64,000 nt of DNA from an uncultured Methanomicrobiales archaeon (GTDB lineage: Archaea; Halobacteriota; Methanomicrobia; Methanomicrobiales; Methanospirillaceae): the NCBI GenBank assembly GCA_963758915.1, contig CAVWXH010000003.1:96001-160000 (forward strand), read 5' to 3'. Positions 1 through 9,961 of this stretch are shown piece after piece (position 1 is the stretch's first letter; each line of letters starts with the position of its first letter). A program made the position numbers and the translations under genes. A model generated the notes under the pieces. It saw only the letters and a program-made list of their open reading frames with translations. It searched no databases and was not told where the DNA came from.

Positions 1-379
1 GCTCTTTCGCGCGGGTAACCGGGTCTCGTGTATTGATCAGGTCTGCCATCAGCCTGACACCAAATACAGAAGCTGCCTTCACGGCATCGGCAATGACCGC
101 ATCGTCAGCATCACCGAGAAGGCAGACCACGGTCGCACCTGCCTTGGCTGCCATTTCAACCTCCATCGCACCGGTATCTGCAACTTTCATATCGGCGACG
201 ATGGTACGGTCAGGGAACTGTTTTGCCAGGGCACGTACTGCTGCCATACCCTCGCTTTTAATTAGGGGGGTGCCAGCCTCGATCCAGTCTGCACCGCCAA
301 GAACGGATTCTTTAGCAATTACAAGTGCACGGTTTAGTTCTAAAAGATCGAGCGCCACCTGCAGAACGGGCTTCTTCAT
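1..379 (-). CDS. hxlA: 3-hexulose-6-phosphate synthase (orotidine decarboxylase-like barrel), runs off the window edge
   Basis: Own translation of minus strand from ATG at 379: [19 protein letters not shown]...[16 protein letters not shown]...[24 protein letters not shown]; LQVALD, EAGTPL and DxK motifs of HPS. Confidence 0.85.
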   Translation of the reverse strand, partial: MKKPVLQVALDLLELNRALVIAKESVLGGADWIEAGTPLIKSEGMAAVRALAKQFPDRTIVADMKVADTGAMEVEMAAKAGATVVCLLGDADDAVIADAVKAASVFGVRLMADLINTRDPVTRAKE

Positions 380-660
380 CAGAAGAGAGATGTGAAGTGT
401 GTGATGTTAAGACTTACTTAACCGGGGCAGATAAGGAGACTTTTAAGCAGTCATGATTACCGGATGAGCCCCGGCATTCCGGGACTCGTTATATTCCCGG
501 AAAGTCACGAAAATCTATGAAAATGCCCCAAACCGGATTTTTTCTTTGATCCGGGTGGAACAAAAAGAATGGATCAGGTTCACGGCAATCCTGTACCGGC
601 TGATAACGGACCATTTGAAGGTGTAACCAAAACCACCTCACATCCCGATCTCCCCTGCAC

Positions 661-1167
661 TCAATCCGCACTATAGGTATCAGAGAATGTGACAGCGCCG
701 ATATCCTTCTTCTCCGGGAGGGTAATGTCAGCGGCAAACCCGGCAGGAATGAGTGAGACGAGAGTATATGCTTCCGGCACATTGAGGAGTAACCTTACCG
801 GTTCCGCGTAGACCTTTTTATCGCCTGCGACCCAGCATGAGCCGATACCATAGGACTGGAGGGCGAGGATCATATTTTCAGTCGCGGCACAGCAGTCCTC
901 AAGGTGATATTTTGCTGCTTTTTCCCCGAATATTGCAAAGCAGACCGGGGCACCGGCAATGAATTTTCCGTGATCCGTGAGATCCGCGATTTTTTCCTTC
1001 AGGTCAGGGTCTGTGATCGTACCAAAGAGCCATGGCTGGCTGTTCATAGCGGTAGGGGCAAGCCTTGCACATTCGAGTACATCCCTGATTATCCATTCAT
1101 CAATGTGGGTGTCTTTAAATTTCCGGACGCTGTGACGGCACTTGATGATCGTTGTACCAAGATTCAT
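661..1167 (-). CDS. Nitroreductase family protein
   Basis: RHSVRKF, ARLAPTAMNSQPW and GIGSCWV motifs. Confidence 0.9.
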   Translation of the reverse strand: MNLGTTIIKCRHSVRKFKDTHIDEWIIRDVLECARLAPTAMNSQPWLFGTITDPDLKEKIADLTDHGKFIAGAPVCFAIFGEKAAKYHLEDCCAATENMILALQSYGIGSCWVAGDKKVYAEPVRLLLNVPEAYTLVSLIPAGFAADITLPEKKDIGAVTFSDTYSAD

Positions 1168-1238
1168 GAAATCCCATTCGTCGTGCTTTTAAAAAAGGTT
1201 ACTGAATAAGGAAGGGTTTTCCTTATAGCGCATGCAGA

Positions 1239-2267
1239 CTACCGTGACCCCCGCCATGTCAGGCAGAGCAGTCCGGCACCGATGCAACCAATTACAAGGA
1301 TTACCCCAGGTGCAGGAACTGTTGTTGTCGGTACAGGCACCGGAGGCTGCGTAGGCGGGAAGGACGGTGGCATCGGGGGACTTGTTACAACCGGTGCCGG
1401 TTCAGTCGTCGCAACAGTTATGGCCGGCAGGGTAACAGGGGGACTTGTTGTTACGGGTACAGCCGCTGTGGTCTTTAACGGGACCACAATTGTGGGTATC
1501 GGGGAGGAGGTAATAAGCGGGTTAATACTCTGGATCAGCAGGTTGCCCGGAGGATCAACGGGGGTAATCGTCTTGCCGGGTAGGTTATAATTATCATTCA
1601 TGTCGTTTGCGTTGCATTCAGCCCAGACCGAATAGGTCCCTGATGGGTAAGCCCCGGTGTCCCAGATCGGGCCGGTGGAATAGGGGGATTTCCCGACAGG
1701 AATATCAACGAGGCTGTTGCCTGATACCGAGGAGTACTCCGCACCGTCAGGTGAACGGATCCTGATGGTAACCGGTGCGCCCGCTACACCCGGCCGGTTT
1801 GTCATCTGGTAGAGGTTCGAGACAATACGGAATCCAATCTGGTCTCCTTTTGGCACCCAGCGGGTAGTCCCCACCACCTGGAAGTCCAGGGTCTCATCGT
1901 ATATCTGGAGGGTCAGGGATGGTTCTTCAACGTAAAATGCAAGTTTTCGCCCGGGAAAGGTAAACCATGGCCCGGTTTTCCCGATAAATGCTGACGGGGC
2001 GATATAGTAGTTCCCGGCATCATCAACCAGGTAGGTCGTTGTCGGTGCCCCGGTCTGCACATTGGCATTTCCGAACCACGCAATTGTCGAGCCGGTTGTT
2101 ACACCGGTGGCCCGGATATCGAGCCCTTGTTCACCAATAAATGCGGTCCCGCCAGGGGGGACGGTATTAATTGCCGCTGTAACCGGCATTGCCAGGAAAA
2201 ACACCGCAATAATACACGCGATGTAACAGGTTATATACAGGTCTTTCATGTTCTCACATCCAGGCAT
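1239..2267 (-). CDS. DUF3821-type cell-surface protein with Pro/Thr-rich linker and C-terminal PG-TM-basic sorting-like tail
   Basis: Signal peptide; AINTVPPGGTAFIGEQGLDI start typical of Methanomicrobiales DUF3821 proteins; P/T-rich stalk; PAPG+TM+RGSR tail. True start may be MKDL a few codons downstream. Confidence 0.75.
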   Translation of the reverse strand: MPGCENMKDLYITCYIACIIAVFFLAMPVTAAINTVPPGGTAFIGEQGLDIRATGVTTGSTIAWFGNANVQTGAPTTTYLVDDAGNYYIAPSAFIGKTGPWFTFPGRKLAFYVEEPSLTLQIYDETLDFQVVGTTRWVPKGDQIGFRIVSNLYQMTNRPGVAGAPVTIRIRSPDGAEYSSVSGNSLVDIPVGKSPYSTGPIWDTGAYPSGTYSVWAECNANDMNDNYNLPGKTITPVDPPGNLLIQSINPLITSSPIPTIVVPLKTTAAVPVTTSPPVTLPAITVATTEPAPVVTSPPMPPSFPPTQPPVPVPTTTVPAPGVILVIGCIGAGLLCLTWRGSR

Positions 2268-2498
2268 TGATTATCCGCCACTACACCTGGTACTGACTGG
2301 ATAGGTCAGCATTGAGATAAACATTCTTCTACCTGATCGGTGACGGGACATAGGTCGATAAAATATAGTATCTGTTTACGGCCTTATGAGACCATCATTT
2401 CAAAAAATACAGGTTAATTGGTAGTTTTTACCGGAAATATAGCTATATTTATCCCGGACTTGGGGTGTCATGGAAAATGAGGGGAGATCTCCAGGTCC

Positions 2499-3701
2499 TT
2501 ACTGCCCGAAAAGAGAGGTAAGGGAGGCCCACATATTGCTAAAGCCCTGGGTAATAATAACCCCGGGGTCAACATGGAGGATTGGGATAATGAAAAATAT
2601 GTACGCGAAGGTACCTATTGTACTTCCCACATTTGCCATCGCCGCAACGATAACCACCCGGAACAACGGGATGCGCCACATTTCAGTGAAATTCTCTGCC
2701 TCGAAGATCCGCTTGAAATCCGAAGGGGCTGGTTTCCGGATCTTTGCTTCAACTATTGCACAGAACCAGCCTGCTGCGATAAGGGGATTTAATGCAGTAA
2801 ACCAGGACACCGCAAACCCTGTCAGCGCAGAAAGCGGGTGCCCTTTCGCCGCAAGACAGAAAATTGCGGTGAGCGCCCCATGGATAACAACCCAGTAAAT
2901 CAGGGCCATAATGAGGACTTCCCACCCGACCCCTGAGAATGCGATCGCCACAATAAACAGGGCAAATACCAGGGTGACCCCGATACCGAATATTGTTCCC
3001 CACGGGACGGGCTTGATATCCTTAACGAGTTCCTCCATGGGCGGAAGCGTTTCAGGCGCATCAAGGTACTTCTTTACCCCGTCAACATGACCTGCCCCAA
3101 TCACGACGAGCACACGCTCGTTATTCATCCGGAGGCGGTTGACCTGGTCTGCAAGATAGGCATCACGCTCATCAATAAGGGCTTTTGCACCGTTCGGAGA
3201 GAATTTCCGAAACTCCGCCATGGCCATCTCCATGACGTCCTGTTTTTTCAGCTCCTCGACGTCAATTTTCTCCTCGCTGGTACTCAGTACGGAAACGGCC
3301 AGGATATAGACCATCCTGATCTTCTCAAGGAATGACAGTGCATGCCAGAAACGGTGGAGCGTGATTCGCAGGTCCCGGTCGATCAGCCCGATACCAATCC
3401 CCCTCGACTCTGCCTCATTAATCGCTGCTTTCATCTCTGCGCCAGGCTCAACGCCGACATCCAGCCCGACCTTGCGCTGGAGGTAGGATAATATCCACTG
3501 TACCAGGAGCTGGTTGAAGTTGCCGGACTCAATGACCTCTGATACATTCGGTGCCGCGGCCTGCTTTTTCAGAGCTGCGTACCGGGGGGCATCAAGTTCT
3601 ACGGCGATTACGTCCGGGTTAAATTCCTGGACTGCCTCCCTGACCTCTTCGACACTTTTCTGCGAGACGTGTGCGGTCCCGACAATTCTTACTTCACTCA
3701 T
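2499..3701 (-). CDS. TraB/PrgY (pheromone shutdown) family protein
   Basis: GTAHVS, VELDxxR, EPGAEM, LIDERDAYL and GAGH motifs plus C-terminal TM segments. Confidence 0.9.
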   Translation of the reverse strand: MSEVRIVGTAHVSQKSVEEVREAVQEFNPDVIAVELDAPRYAALKKQAAAPNVSEVIESGNFNQLLVQWILSYLQRKVGLDVGVEPGAEMKAAINEAESRGIGIGLIDRDLRITLHRFWHALSFLEKIRMVYILAVSVLSTSEEKIDVEELKKQDVMEMAMAEFRKFSPNGAKALIDERDAYLADQVNRLRMNNERVLVVIGAGHVDGVKKYLDAPETLPPMEELVKDIKPVPWGTIFGIGVTLVFALFIVAIAFSGVGWEVLIMALIYWVVIHGALTAIFCLAAKGHPLSALTGFAVSWFTALNPLIAAGWFCAIVEAKIRKPAPSDFKRIFEAENFTEMWRIPLFRVVIVAAMANVGSTIGTFAYIFFIIPILHVDPGVIITQGFSNMWASLTSLFGQ

Positions 3702-3954
3702 GGATGACCCCTGATTTCCTGAACATCGATATCTCCCGGGCCCGCCGGATGGCAGCGGGTGTGCCGCAAGTAATTCATTGGTAATATTTTCCCTGACTAT
3801 TTCGGTATCCGGCCTTTCAGGCAGATTTGTTGTAATTGTGCAGGCCTCATCATCACCGATCTTTGCCCTGATACCCGGGCAGGGAGATTGTATCCGGGCT
3901 ATCGGAATTGAGACAGAACGGCCAGGTCCTGATTCAACGTGGCCGGTGGGATTT

Positions 3955-4518
3955 TTACCCGGACTGTCCGTGGGTTATCCGGTTGAAATTTTCATATACC
4001 AGCCGCCCGTTTTCACTATGGCTCACTTCAGGGTGCCACTGGAGCCCGTATATGTGCTTTTCCGGGAGCGCCACGGCCTCGTTGCCACAGACAGCCGACT
4101 TCGCGAGCCTTGTGAACCCCGGCGGGACCGTGACAACTTCATCGGCATGGGATGCCCAGACCCGGATTTTTTCAGGGTACCCTGAAAGGATCCCATCATT
4201 CTCTATGATCTCGATATCTATAGCACCGTAACCACCGGACGTACCAGGTTCAACCTTACCGCCAAATGCCGTGGCGATCACATGGAGGCCCAGGCAGATA
4301 CCCAGGACTGGAAGGCCGAGTTTGCAGTATTCGCCGCAGTTACCCGCCCTCTCAATTGCCGGGCCTCCACCAAGGACAATTCCCCTGCAGGAAGCAGCCA
4401 CCTCATCCGGGGGTGTGGTGTTGCTGATCATCACCGAGTCAATATCGAGATCACGAAGCATCCGCTGGATCAGGTGGTTAAACTGCCCGAAATTATTGAC
4501 AACATAGATAGGGAGCAT
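3955..4518 (-). CDS. guaAA: GMP synthase glutamine amidotransferase subunit A
   Basis: NFGQFNHLI, PVLGICLG, WASHADEV and QWHPEV; start chosen at MLPIYVV (ATG 4518). Confidence 0.9.
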   Translation of the reverse strand: MLPIYVVNNFGQFNHLIQRMLRDLDIDSVMISNTTPPDEVAASCRGIVLGGGPAIERAGNCGEYCKLGLPVLGICLGLHVIATAFGGKVEPGTSGGYGAIDIEIIENDGILSGYPEKIRVWASHADEVVTVPPGFTRLAKSAVCGNEAVALPEKHIYGLQWHPEVSHSENGRLVYENFNRITHGQSG

Positions 4519-4558
4519 TCGCGGGAGAAGTTTTGACGCCGGGGATGATAAGTCCTGT

Positions 4559-5569
4559 TCAATAGTACCTGCTGACGGTCGAAAATATCTGGTGCCTGAT
4601 TCGTTCAGGTGTGAACCCCTGCAGGCTGGCAAGGAACATTGCACCCCCCGCACCCATGCCCTCCTTCACCTCGCCAATGCAGTACCGTGCGAGGCCCGGG
4701 TGCCCGATTTCCCCAAAGCCCGGGTCAACCGAGAAAATTTTCGCGCCAATTGCCTGTCCTGTACCGGTAATATCCGCAACCGGGTCATTCCTGACATAGC
4801 AGGTCATTGCAATACCCGGTAATTTTTTACCCATTGCCTTTAACAGCGCTGCTACGGCAAGCATCTGGGTCCCTCCCGCAAGGAGCACGTTCCCGTTGCA
4901 GCCACTGACTATGCCCGCCGCAGCTGCCATCATGGGGTCCCCGGTGACCCTGACGATCTCAAGGGGATATCCGGGTTTAAAACTCCCTGCCCGTGCCTGT
5001 ACAGTGTCCCAGATCTCCTCTTTGATACCAACAGGGTTCATAACATAACTGCTACTAACCCGGGCCGGGTAGCCGAGCGCCCGTAATACACAGAGCGCGG
5101 TCGTAGTTCCACCCGGGACACACTCACCAAGGACGAGGAGATCAGAATACCGTGACAGCAGCCTGCCAACCGACTCGCCTTTCAAAAAAATATCATTGGC
5201 AGTGGGCACAGCATCAGCATACCGGGGGTCCTCACCCGGTGAGCTGTAGAGGTCAAGGCAGGCCACCGTGGGGGTATGTACAAGCCCTGCGTTGATAAAA
5301 AGAGGGGTAATGTTAAGGAGCTCCATCATCGCCCTTGTAATGGTCGCAGGCGTCGGGCAGCCGGTCGGAGTGTTTGGCCTGACAGGCATGCTGGTGATGG
5401 CCCCGTTTGTGATCAGCTCTGCATCGAGTACCGGGGTGAGAAGGGTTTTCTCAGCGGTTGGACCGGCCCCGGAAACACCCGGGACGGTGGAAAGCATGGT
5501 GTTTGCAAGGATACCGACAAAAAGCGGGTTATCCGCCTTCTGCAAACCGTGAGGGGTAACAAATTCCAT
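4559..5569 (-). CDS. cobT: Nicotinate-nucleotide--dimethylbenzimidazole phosphoribosyltransferase (archaeal CobT)
   Basis: GVSGAG, PTPATIT, GECVPGGTTTA, LAGGTQM and VKEGMGAGG; next to cobZ/cobS. Start uncertain (5569 or 5593). Confidence 0.88.
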   Translation of the reverse strand: MEFVTPHGLQKADNPLFVGILANTMLSTVPGVSGAGPTAEKTLLTPVLDAELITNGAITSMPVRPNTPTGCPTPATITRAMMELLNITPLFINAGLVHTPTVACLDLYSSPGEDPRYADAVPTANDIFLKGESVGRLLSRYSDLLVLGECVPGGTTTALCVLRALGYPARVSSSYVMNPVGIKEEIWDTVQARAGSFKPGYPLEIVRVTGDPMMAAAAGIVSGCNGNVLLAGGTQMLAVAALLKAMGKKLPGIAMTCYVRNDPVADITGTGQAIGAKIFSVDPGFGEIGHPGLARYCIGEVKEGMGAGGAMFLASLQGFTPERIRHQIFSTVSRYY

Positions 5570-5742
5570 TATCCTTATCACCACCGGGACCATTTTGAGC
5601 CCCTTCCGTGTATACTTACATATTATGGGTTTTTTTAATCATCAAGGTATCCCGGGGGAATTGTTGTTCTCGCAGGTCCATGAGGACGTGATGTCCACCT
5701 GACAGGTAATCGCACTCTATAATTACAGGCGGGAGAACTATT

Positions 5743-6204
5743 ATGATAATGTTTGAGATTGAGCAACGCCTGCTGGAGAAAGGAGTGAGCACCGGGGCGA
5801 TTGTTGACAGTGCGATGGAGTTGTACGTAGGACACGGGATGGAGGCCGCAGAGGCACGGGGTGTGCTGCACACCAAGATAATCAAGAGTTTCGATGACCC
5901 GAATGTCTCTTCCCTGTTACTTGGTGCAATTCTTCTCGAGGACGAACTCTTCTGGAAACGGAAGGACTCAGAAATCAAAGACGACCCCGTATTTCTCCTC
6001 TCGGATGAGATTATAGGTATGGCAATCGCCGAGTGTATCGGTGGTACCTATGCCAGGTTCGAATTCACCCGATACGACCAGAAAAAGCCAGGTATCCTCA
6101 GGACCCTCGGGCCGTTCCTTGATGATGCCGTGGCAGGACTGATTGCCGGATGTACTTCGCGCCTCTACACAGAATGTTTTGAATGTGCCCAAAATCGATC
6201 ATAG
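5743..6204 (+). CDS. cobZ: Alpha-ribazole phosphatase CobZ (PgpA-like)
   Basis: DPNV, DDPVFLLSDEIIG and YDQKKPGIL..LGPFLDDAVAGLIAG; overlaps cobS. Confidence 0.8.
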   Translation: MIMFEIEQRLLEKGVSTGAIVDSAMELYVGHGMEAAEARGVLHTKIIKSFDDPNVSSLLLGAILLEDELFWKRKDSEIKDDPVFLLSDEIIGMAIAECIGGTYARFEFTRYDQKKPGILRTLGPFLDDAVAGLIAGCTSRLYTECFECAQNRS

Positions 6205-6899
6205 CCCTGTTGCAGTTCTGCACGGTCTTACCCCTCGGTAAACCCCAGGAATTTGAGCAGTTTGCAAAAAAGACCTGGCTGTACCCTCTTGCAGGTTACG
6301 TAACGGGAGGGTTCGCAGCGCTCGTATCCTTCTGGATAGCCGACCCTGCCATTGCAGCTGCGTTTGCTATTGCAGGCCTGCTCCTGATTACTGGTTGCAA
6401 CCATTTTGACGGGCTCCTCGACCTTGGTGACGGGCTGATGGCCCATGGCGGGAGAGAGAAGCGTATCAGCGCTCTCACTGATCGACAGATTGGGACAGGG
6501 GCATTTGCCCTCGCAATTTCAATTGTCCTGATCACCTGGGCCGGTCTGCAGGCGGCCTATCCGATCATCTGGGTGTTACTCCTGTCTGAGGTGTGCGCCA
6601 AATTTTCGATGGCCTTCCTCACGGTATATGGAAAACCGTTCCGGCAGGGGATCCACGCGTTCCTCCATGAAAAAAGCCATCCCCGATTTGTACTCTACGC
6701 CGCCATTCTATGCCTTCCCCTTGCATTGTTACCGGTTTCTCCCCTGAAACTGGTTGCAGCGGCCGTACTCATGGTAATTGTGCCCCTGGTTCTGCTTGTT
6801 ATTTCAGGCAGGGCATTTGGTGGTGTGAATGGGGACGTCGTTGGTGCCTCAAATGAGATCACAAGGGCTTTCATCATTATTGCGGTTGTAGTGGTCTGA
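6183..6899 (+). CDS. cobS: Adenosylcobinamide-GDP ribazoletransferase (cobalamin synthase)
   Basis: Multi-TM protein with HFDGLLDLGDG and FGGVNGDVVGA motifs. Confidence 0.92.
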   Translation: MCPKSIIALLQFCTVLPLGKPQEFEQFAKKTWLYPLAGYVTGGFAALVSFWIADPAIAAAFAIAGLLLITGCNHFDGLLDLGDGLMAHGGREKRISALTDRQIGTGAFALAISIVLITWAGLQAAYPIIWVLLLSEVCAKFSMAFLTVYGKPFRQGIHAFLHEKSHPRFVLYAAILCLPLALLPVSPLKLVAAAVLMVIVPLVLLVISGRAFGGVNGDVVGASNEITRAFIIIAVVVV

Positions 6900-6955
6900 T
6901 GACCTGAAAAATGACCTGAACTATCATAGAGTTTAAGAACGAAACTAGGGTAAGA

Positions 6956-7840
6956 GTGATCCAGATGAAACGTGATACCGAGATACATATGAAGGGCGGT
7001 GTGATTACCGAGCGGGATGCCGACTTCTGCACAGTCAGGACAAGAATTCCAGCCGGAATTGTTACGCTGGAGCAGGTCCGGGGTATTGCTAAAATTATGA
7101 AACGATATGGTAAGGACATGATCCACCTAACCACACGCCAGACGATCGAGATCCCACATATAGACCCGAAGTTTCTCCCAAAACTGGCAGCAGACCTTGA
7201 AAAAAACGGTACACCGATAGGATCGGAGCGGGACGAAGTGGTAAATATTGTTGCCTGCCCTGGTCTCGAACGATGTGTTTTTGCAAATATTGATTCAGGG
7301 ATGATAGCAAAAATGATCGACAAGCGCCTGTTCGGAAAGGAAATGCCGGTGAAGGTCCGTATTTCGATCTCAGGGTGCCCGAACGGCTGTACAAGCCCGA
7401 TGCTGAATGAAATCGGCATCAGCGGCAGAGTTGACCCCCTGAGGACACCGGGGCTTTGTACCGGATGCGGGAGTTGTGTGAGTTATTGCCGTGAAGATGC
7501 CATCAGTATTAAAAATGGGATATCCGTGCTCAATGAAGACCTTTGCGTCAGTTGCGGCACCTGCGTGCGGTCCTGCCCGTTTGATCTCTTAAAATCCAGG
7601 GGGGTCCGCTACCTGATAACCGTAGGGGGACGCAGAGGGCGGCACCCGCATATAGGTCGTGAACTTATCTCACTCTCTGATCCCGAAGAGGTCGCAATAA
7701 CGGTTGAAAAAGTGGTGGACTGGATTTACAGGAGGGCATGGAGTGGGAGGCACCTCTACGAACAGATGGACGAACTACAGTTTGAGCAGTTTAAAACCGA
7801 GATCACATCAAAGGCTACGGTAACGAAAGAGACGACCTGA
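6956..7840 (+). CDS. Nitrite/sulfite reductase-like siroheme-[4Fe-4S] protein with ferredoxin domain (Dsr-LP type)
   Basis: HLTTRQ, CPGLERC...SGCPNGC and two CxxCxxCxxxC ferredoxin motifs. Confidence 0.85.
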   Translation: MIQMKRDTEIHMKGGVITERDADFCTVRTRIPAGIVTLEQVRGIAKIMKRYGKDMIHLTTRQTIEIPHIDPKFLPKLAADLEKNGTPIGSERDEVVNIVACPGLERCVFANIDSGMIAKMIDKRLFGKEMPVKVRISISGCPNGCTSPMLNEIGISGRVDPLRTPGLCTGCGSCVSYCREDAISIKNGISVLNEDLCVSCGTCVRSCPFDLLKSRGVRYLITVGGRRGRHPHIGRELISLSDPEEVAITVEKVVDWIYRRAWSGRHLYEQMDELQFEQFKTEITSKATVTKETT

Positions 7841-7859
7841 TGCATCACCCTCCGGAAAT

Positions 7860-8159
7860 TCACCGGTAACGGCTCTGGTACCCGGCACCTGCATCATCAC
7901 CACATTCAATCGCATCGCCATCGCGGACGAGCAGGTTAAACTGGAGTGCGGCATTCATTAGTCCTTCGTCATCCGGGGCACCACGCTGGATTTTGTTCCA
8001 CACCTGTTCCTGGGGTGAAGGGTACACGCGAGATCCCATACGGACACCCCGGCAGTGTTTGCAGTATGCGCAGTAGCGGTACACGGACAATATTCCCGTG
8101 CTGCATTCAACAGTGACGTCACTTTTTTTTTCTTCACGGTGCATCGGTAATGTCTTCAT
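7860..8159 (-). CDS. Small Cys-rich hypothetical protein
   Basis: 99 aa ORF filling the gap between the reductase and tuf; C...CAYCKHC...C pattern. Confidence 0.6.
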   Translation of the reverse strand: MKTLPMHREEKKSDVTVECSTGILSVYRYCAYCKHCRGVRMGSRVYPSPQEQVWNKIQRGAPDDEGLMNAALQFNLLVRDGDAIECGDDAGAGYQSRYR

Positions 8160-8333
8160 ATCTACCCGGAAGATACATCATTTCGTGATATCACTCTACC
8201 GGTTTACTTGGAAATCCGGGGAATTGCCGCGATTCGGGCGTATCGAAATGATTAATATAGATGCGTTTCCAATAAGTAATACTCGCATAAATAGGCTGTA
8301 GAGAGACAGTCCCATATTTATCGGAGGATGGTT

Positions 8334-9617
8334 ATGGCAGCTGAGAAGCCTCACATGAATCTGGCAGTTATCGGACACATTGACCACGGGAAGTCTACTA
8401 CCGTTGGTCGTATGATGTTCGAGACTGGAGCTGTACCCGCGCATATCATCGAGGGGTACCGTAAAGAAGCCGAATCGAAAGGAAAGGCAACATTCGAGTT
8501 TGCCTGGGTTATGGATAACCTGAAGGAAGAAAGAGAACGAGGTATAACAATTGATATCGCTCACAAGCGGTTCGATACTGCCAAGTTCTACTTTACCGTC
8601 GTGGACTGCCCGGGACACAGGGACTTCGTCAAGAACATGATCACCGGTGCATCACAGGCTGATGCGGCAATTCTTGTCGTCGCAGCAGCTGATGGTGTAA
8701 TGGACCAGACAAAGGAGCATGTTTTCCTTTCAAGGACCCTCGGTATCACCCAGCTCATTATCGCTATCAACAAGATGGACGCCGTTAAACCGCCGTACGA
8801 CCAGAAACGGTTTGAAGAAGTCAAGAAAGACCTCTCGGCACTACTCTCGATGGTTGGATACAAGCCGGCTGATATTCTCTTCATCCCCATCAGCGCCCTT
8901 GGTGGTGCAAACCTCAAGGTAAAGAGCCCTGATACCCCATGGTATACAGGTCCGACGCTCCTTGAAGCACTCGACACATTAAAAGAGCCGGAAAAACCCA
9001 CCGATAAGCCATTCCGTCTTCCAATCCAGGATGTCTACAGCATCTCCGGTATCGGGACGGTCCCGGTCGGCCGTGTTGAGACGGGTATAATGAAGAAAGG
9101 TATGAAGGTCTCCTTCCAGCCCGCCAACAAGGACGGGGAAATCAAGTCTATCGAGATGCACCACGAAGAAATCCCACAGGCATTACCAGGGGATAACGTC
9201 GGGTTCAACGTCCGTGGTCTTGGTAAAGGGGATATCCGCCGCGGTGATGTTTGTGGCCCGGCCGAAGCACCACCGACAGTCGCAGACGAATTTACCGCAC
9301 AGATCGTCATTCTCCAGCACCCAAGTGCGATCACCATAGGGTATACCCCGGTGTTCCACTGTCACACCACACAGACCGCGTGCACATTTGTCGAGCTGAA
9401 GAAGAAACTTGACCCACGATCCGGCCAGACCAAGGAGGAGAACCCGACATTCCTGAAATCGGGGGATGCTGCAATTGTCCAGGTCAAGCCCACCAAGCCC
9501 ATGGTTATTGAGAACGTGAAGGACCTCCCGCAGCTCGGAAGGTTCGCCATCCGTGATATGGGGCAGACGATCGCAGCAGGTATGTGTATCGCGGTCCAGC
9601 CCAAGCAGATGAGATAA
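8334..9617 (+). CDS. tuf: Translation elongation factor EF-1 alpha
   Basis: [26 protein letters not shown] and NKMD; GGAGG RBS at 8323-8327 favours ATG 8334. Confidence 0.98.
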   Translation: MAAEKPHMNLAVIGHIDHGKSTTVGRMMFETGAVPAHIIEGYRKEAESKGKATFEFAWVMDNLKEERERGITIDIAHKRFDTAKFYFTVVDCPGHRDFVKNMITGASQADAAILVVAAADGVMDQTKEHVFLSRTLGITQLIIAINKMDAVKPPYDQKRFEEVKKDLSALLSMVGYKPADILFIPISALGGANLKVKSPDTPWYTGPTLLEALDTLKEPEKPTDKPFRLPIQDVYSISGIGTVPVGRVETGIMKKGMKVSFQPANKDGEIKSIEMHHEEIPQALPGDNVGFNVRGLGKGDIRRGDVCGPAEAPPTVADEFTAQIVILQHPSAITIGYTPVFHCHTTQTACTFVELKKKLDPRSGQTKEENPTFLKSGDAAIVQVKPTKPMVIENVKDLPQLGRFAIRDMGQTIAAGMCIAVQPKQMR

Positions 9618-9644
9618 TATCAATACATTTTTTGGTGAACCGTT

Positions 9645-9953
9645 ATGCAAAAAGCCAGAATACGCCTTACAGGCACGGATTTCAAGAAAGTAGAGATGGT
9701 ATGTAACCGTATCAAGGAGATTGCGGAACGCACCGGCGTGAATCTGGCTGGTCCAATTCCCCTCCCGACAAAGAAACTGGTAGTCCCTATCAGAAAAAGC
9801 CCGGATGGAGAAGGGACTGCAACATGGGACCGCTGGCAGATGCGAGTCCATAAGAGACTGATCGATATGGACGCGGACGAACGTGCACTCCGCCAGTTGA
9901 TGCGCACCCAGGTCCCGAAAGATATCGGCATTGAGATCGTTCTTGAGAGCTGA
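9645..9953 (+). CDS. rpsJ: 30S ribosomal protein S10 (uS10)
   Basis: [32 protein letters not shown]; directly after tuf. Confidence 0.97.
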   Translation: MQKARIRLTGTDFKKVEMVCNRIKEIAERTGVNLAGPIPLPTKKLVVPIRKSPDGEGTATWDRWQMRVHKRLIDMDADERALRQLMRTQVPKDIGIEIVLES

Positions 9954-9961
9954 GGGACGGC

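Noticed and set aside
489-660. Small minus-strand ORF between hxlA and the nitroreductase
   Set aside because: No convincing start/RBS combination or protein motif; treated as intergenic.
8334-9953. tuf-rpsJ detached from rps12-rps7-fusA
   Set aside because: Splitting of this operon occurs in several euryarchaeal lineages and is not distinctive.
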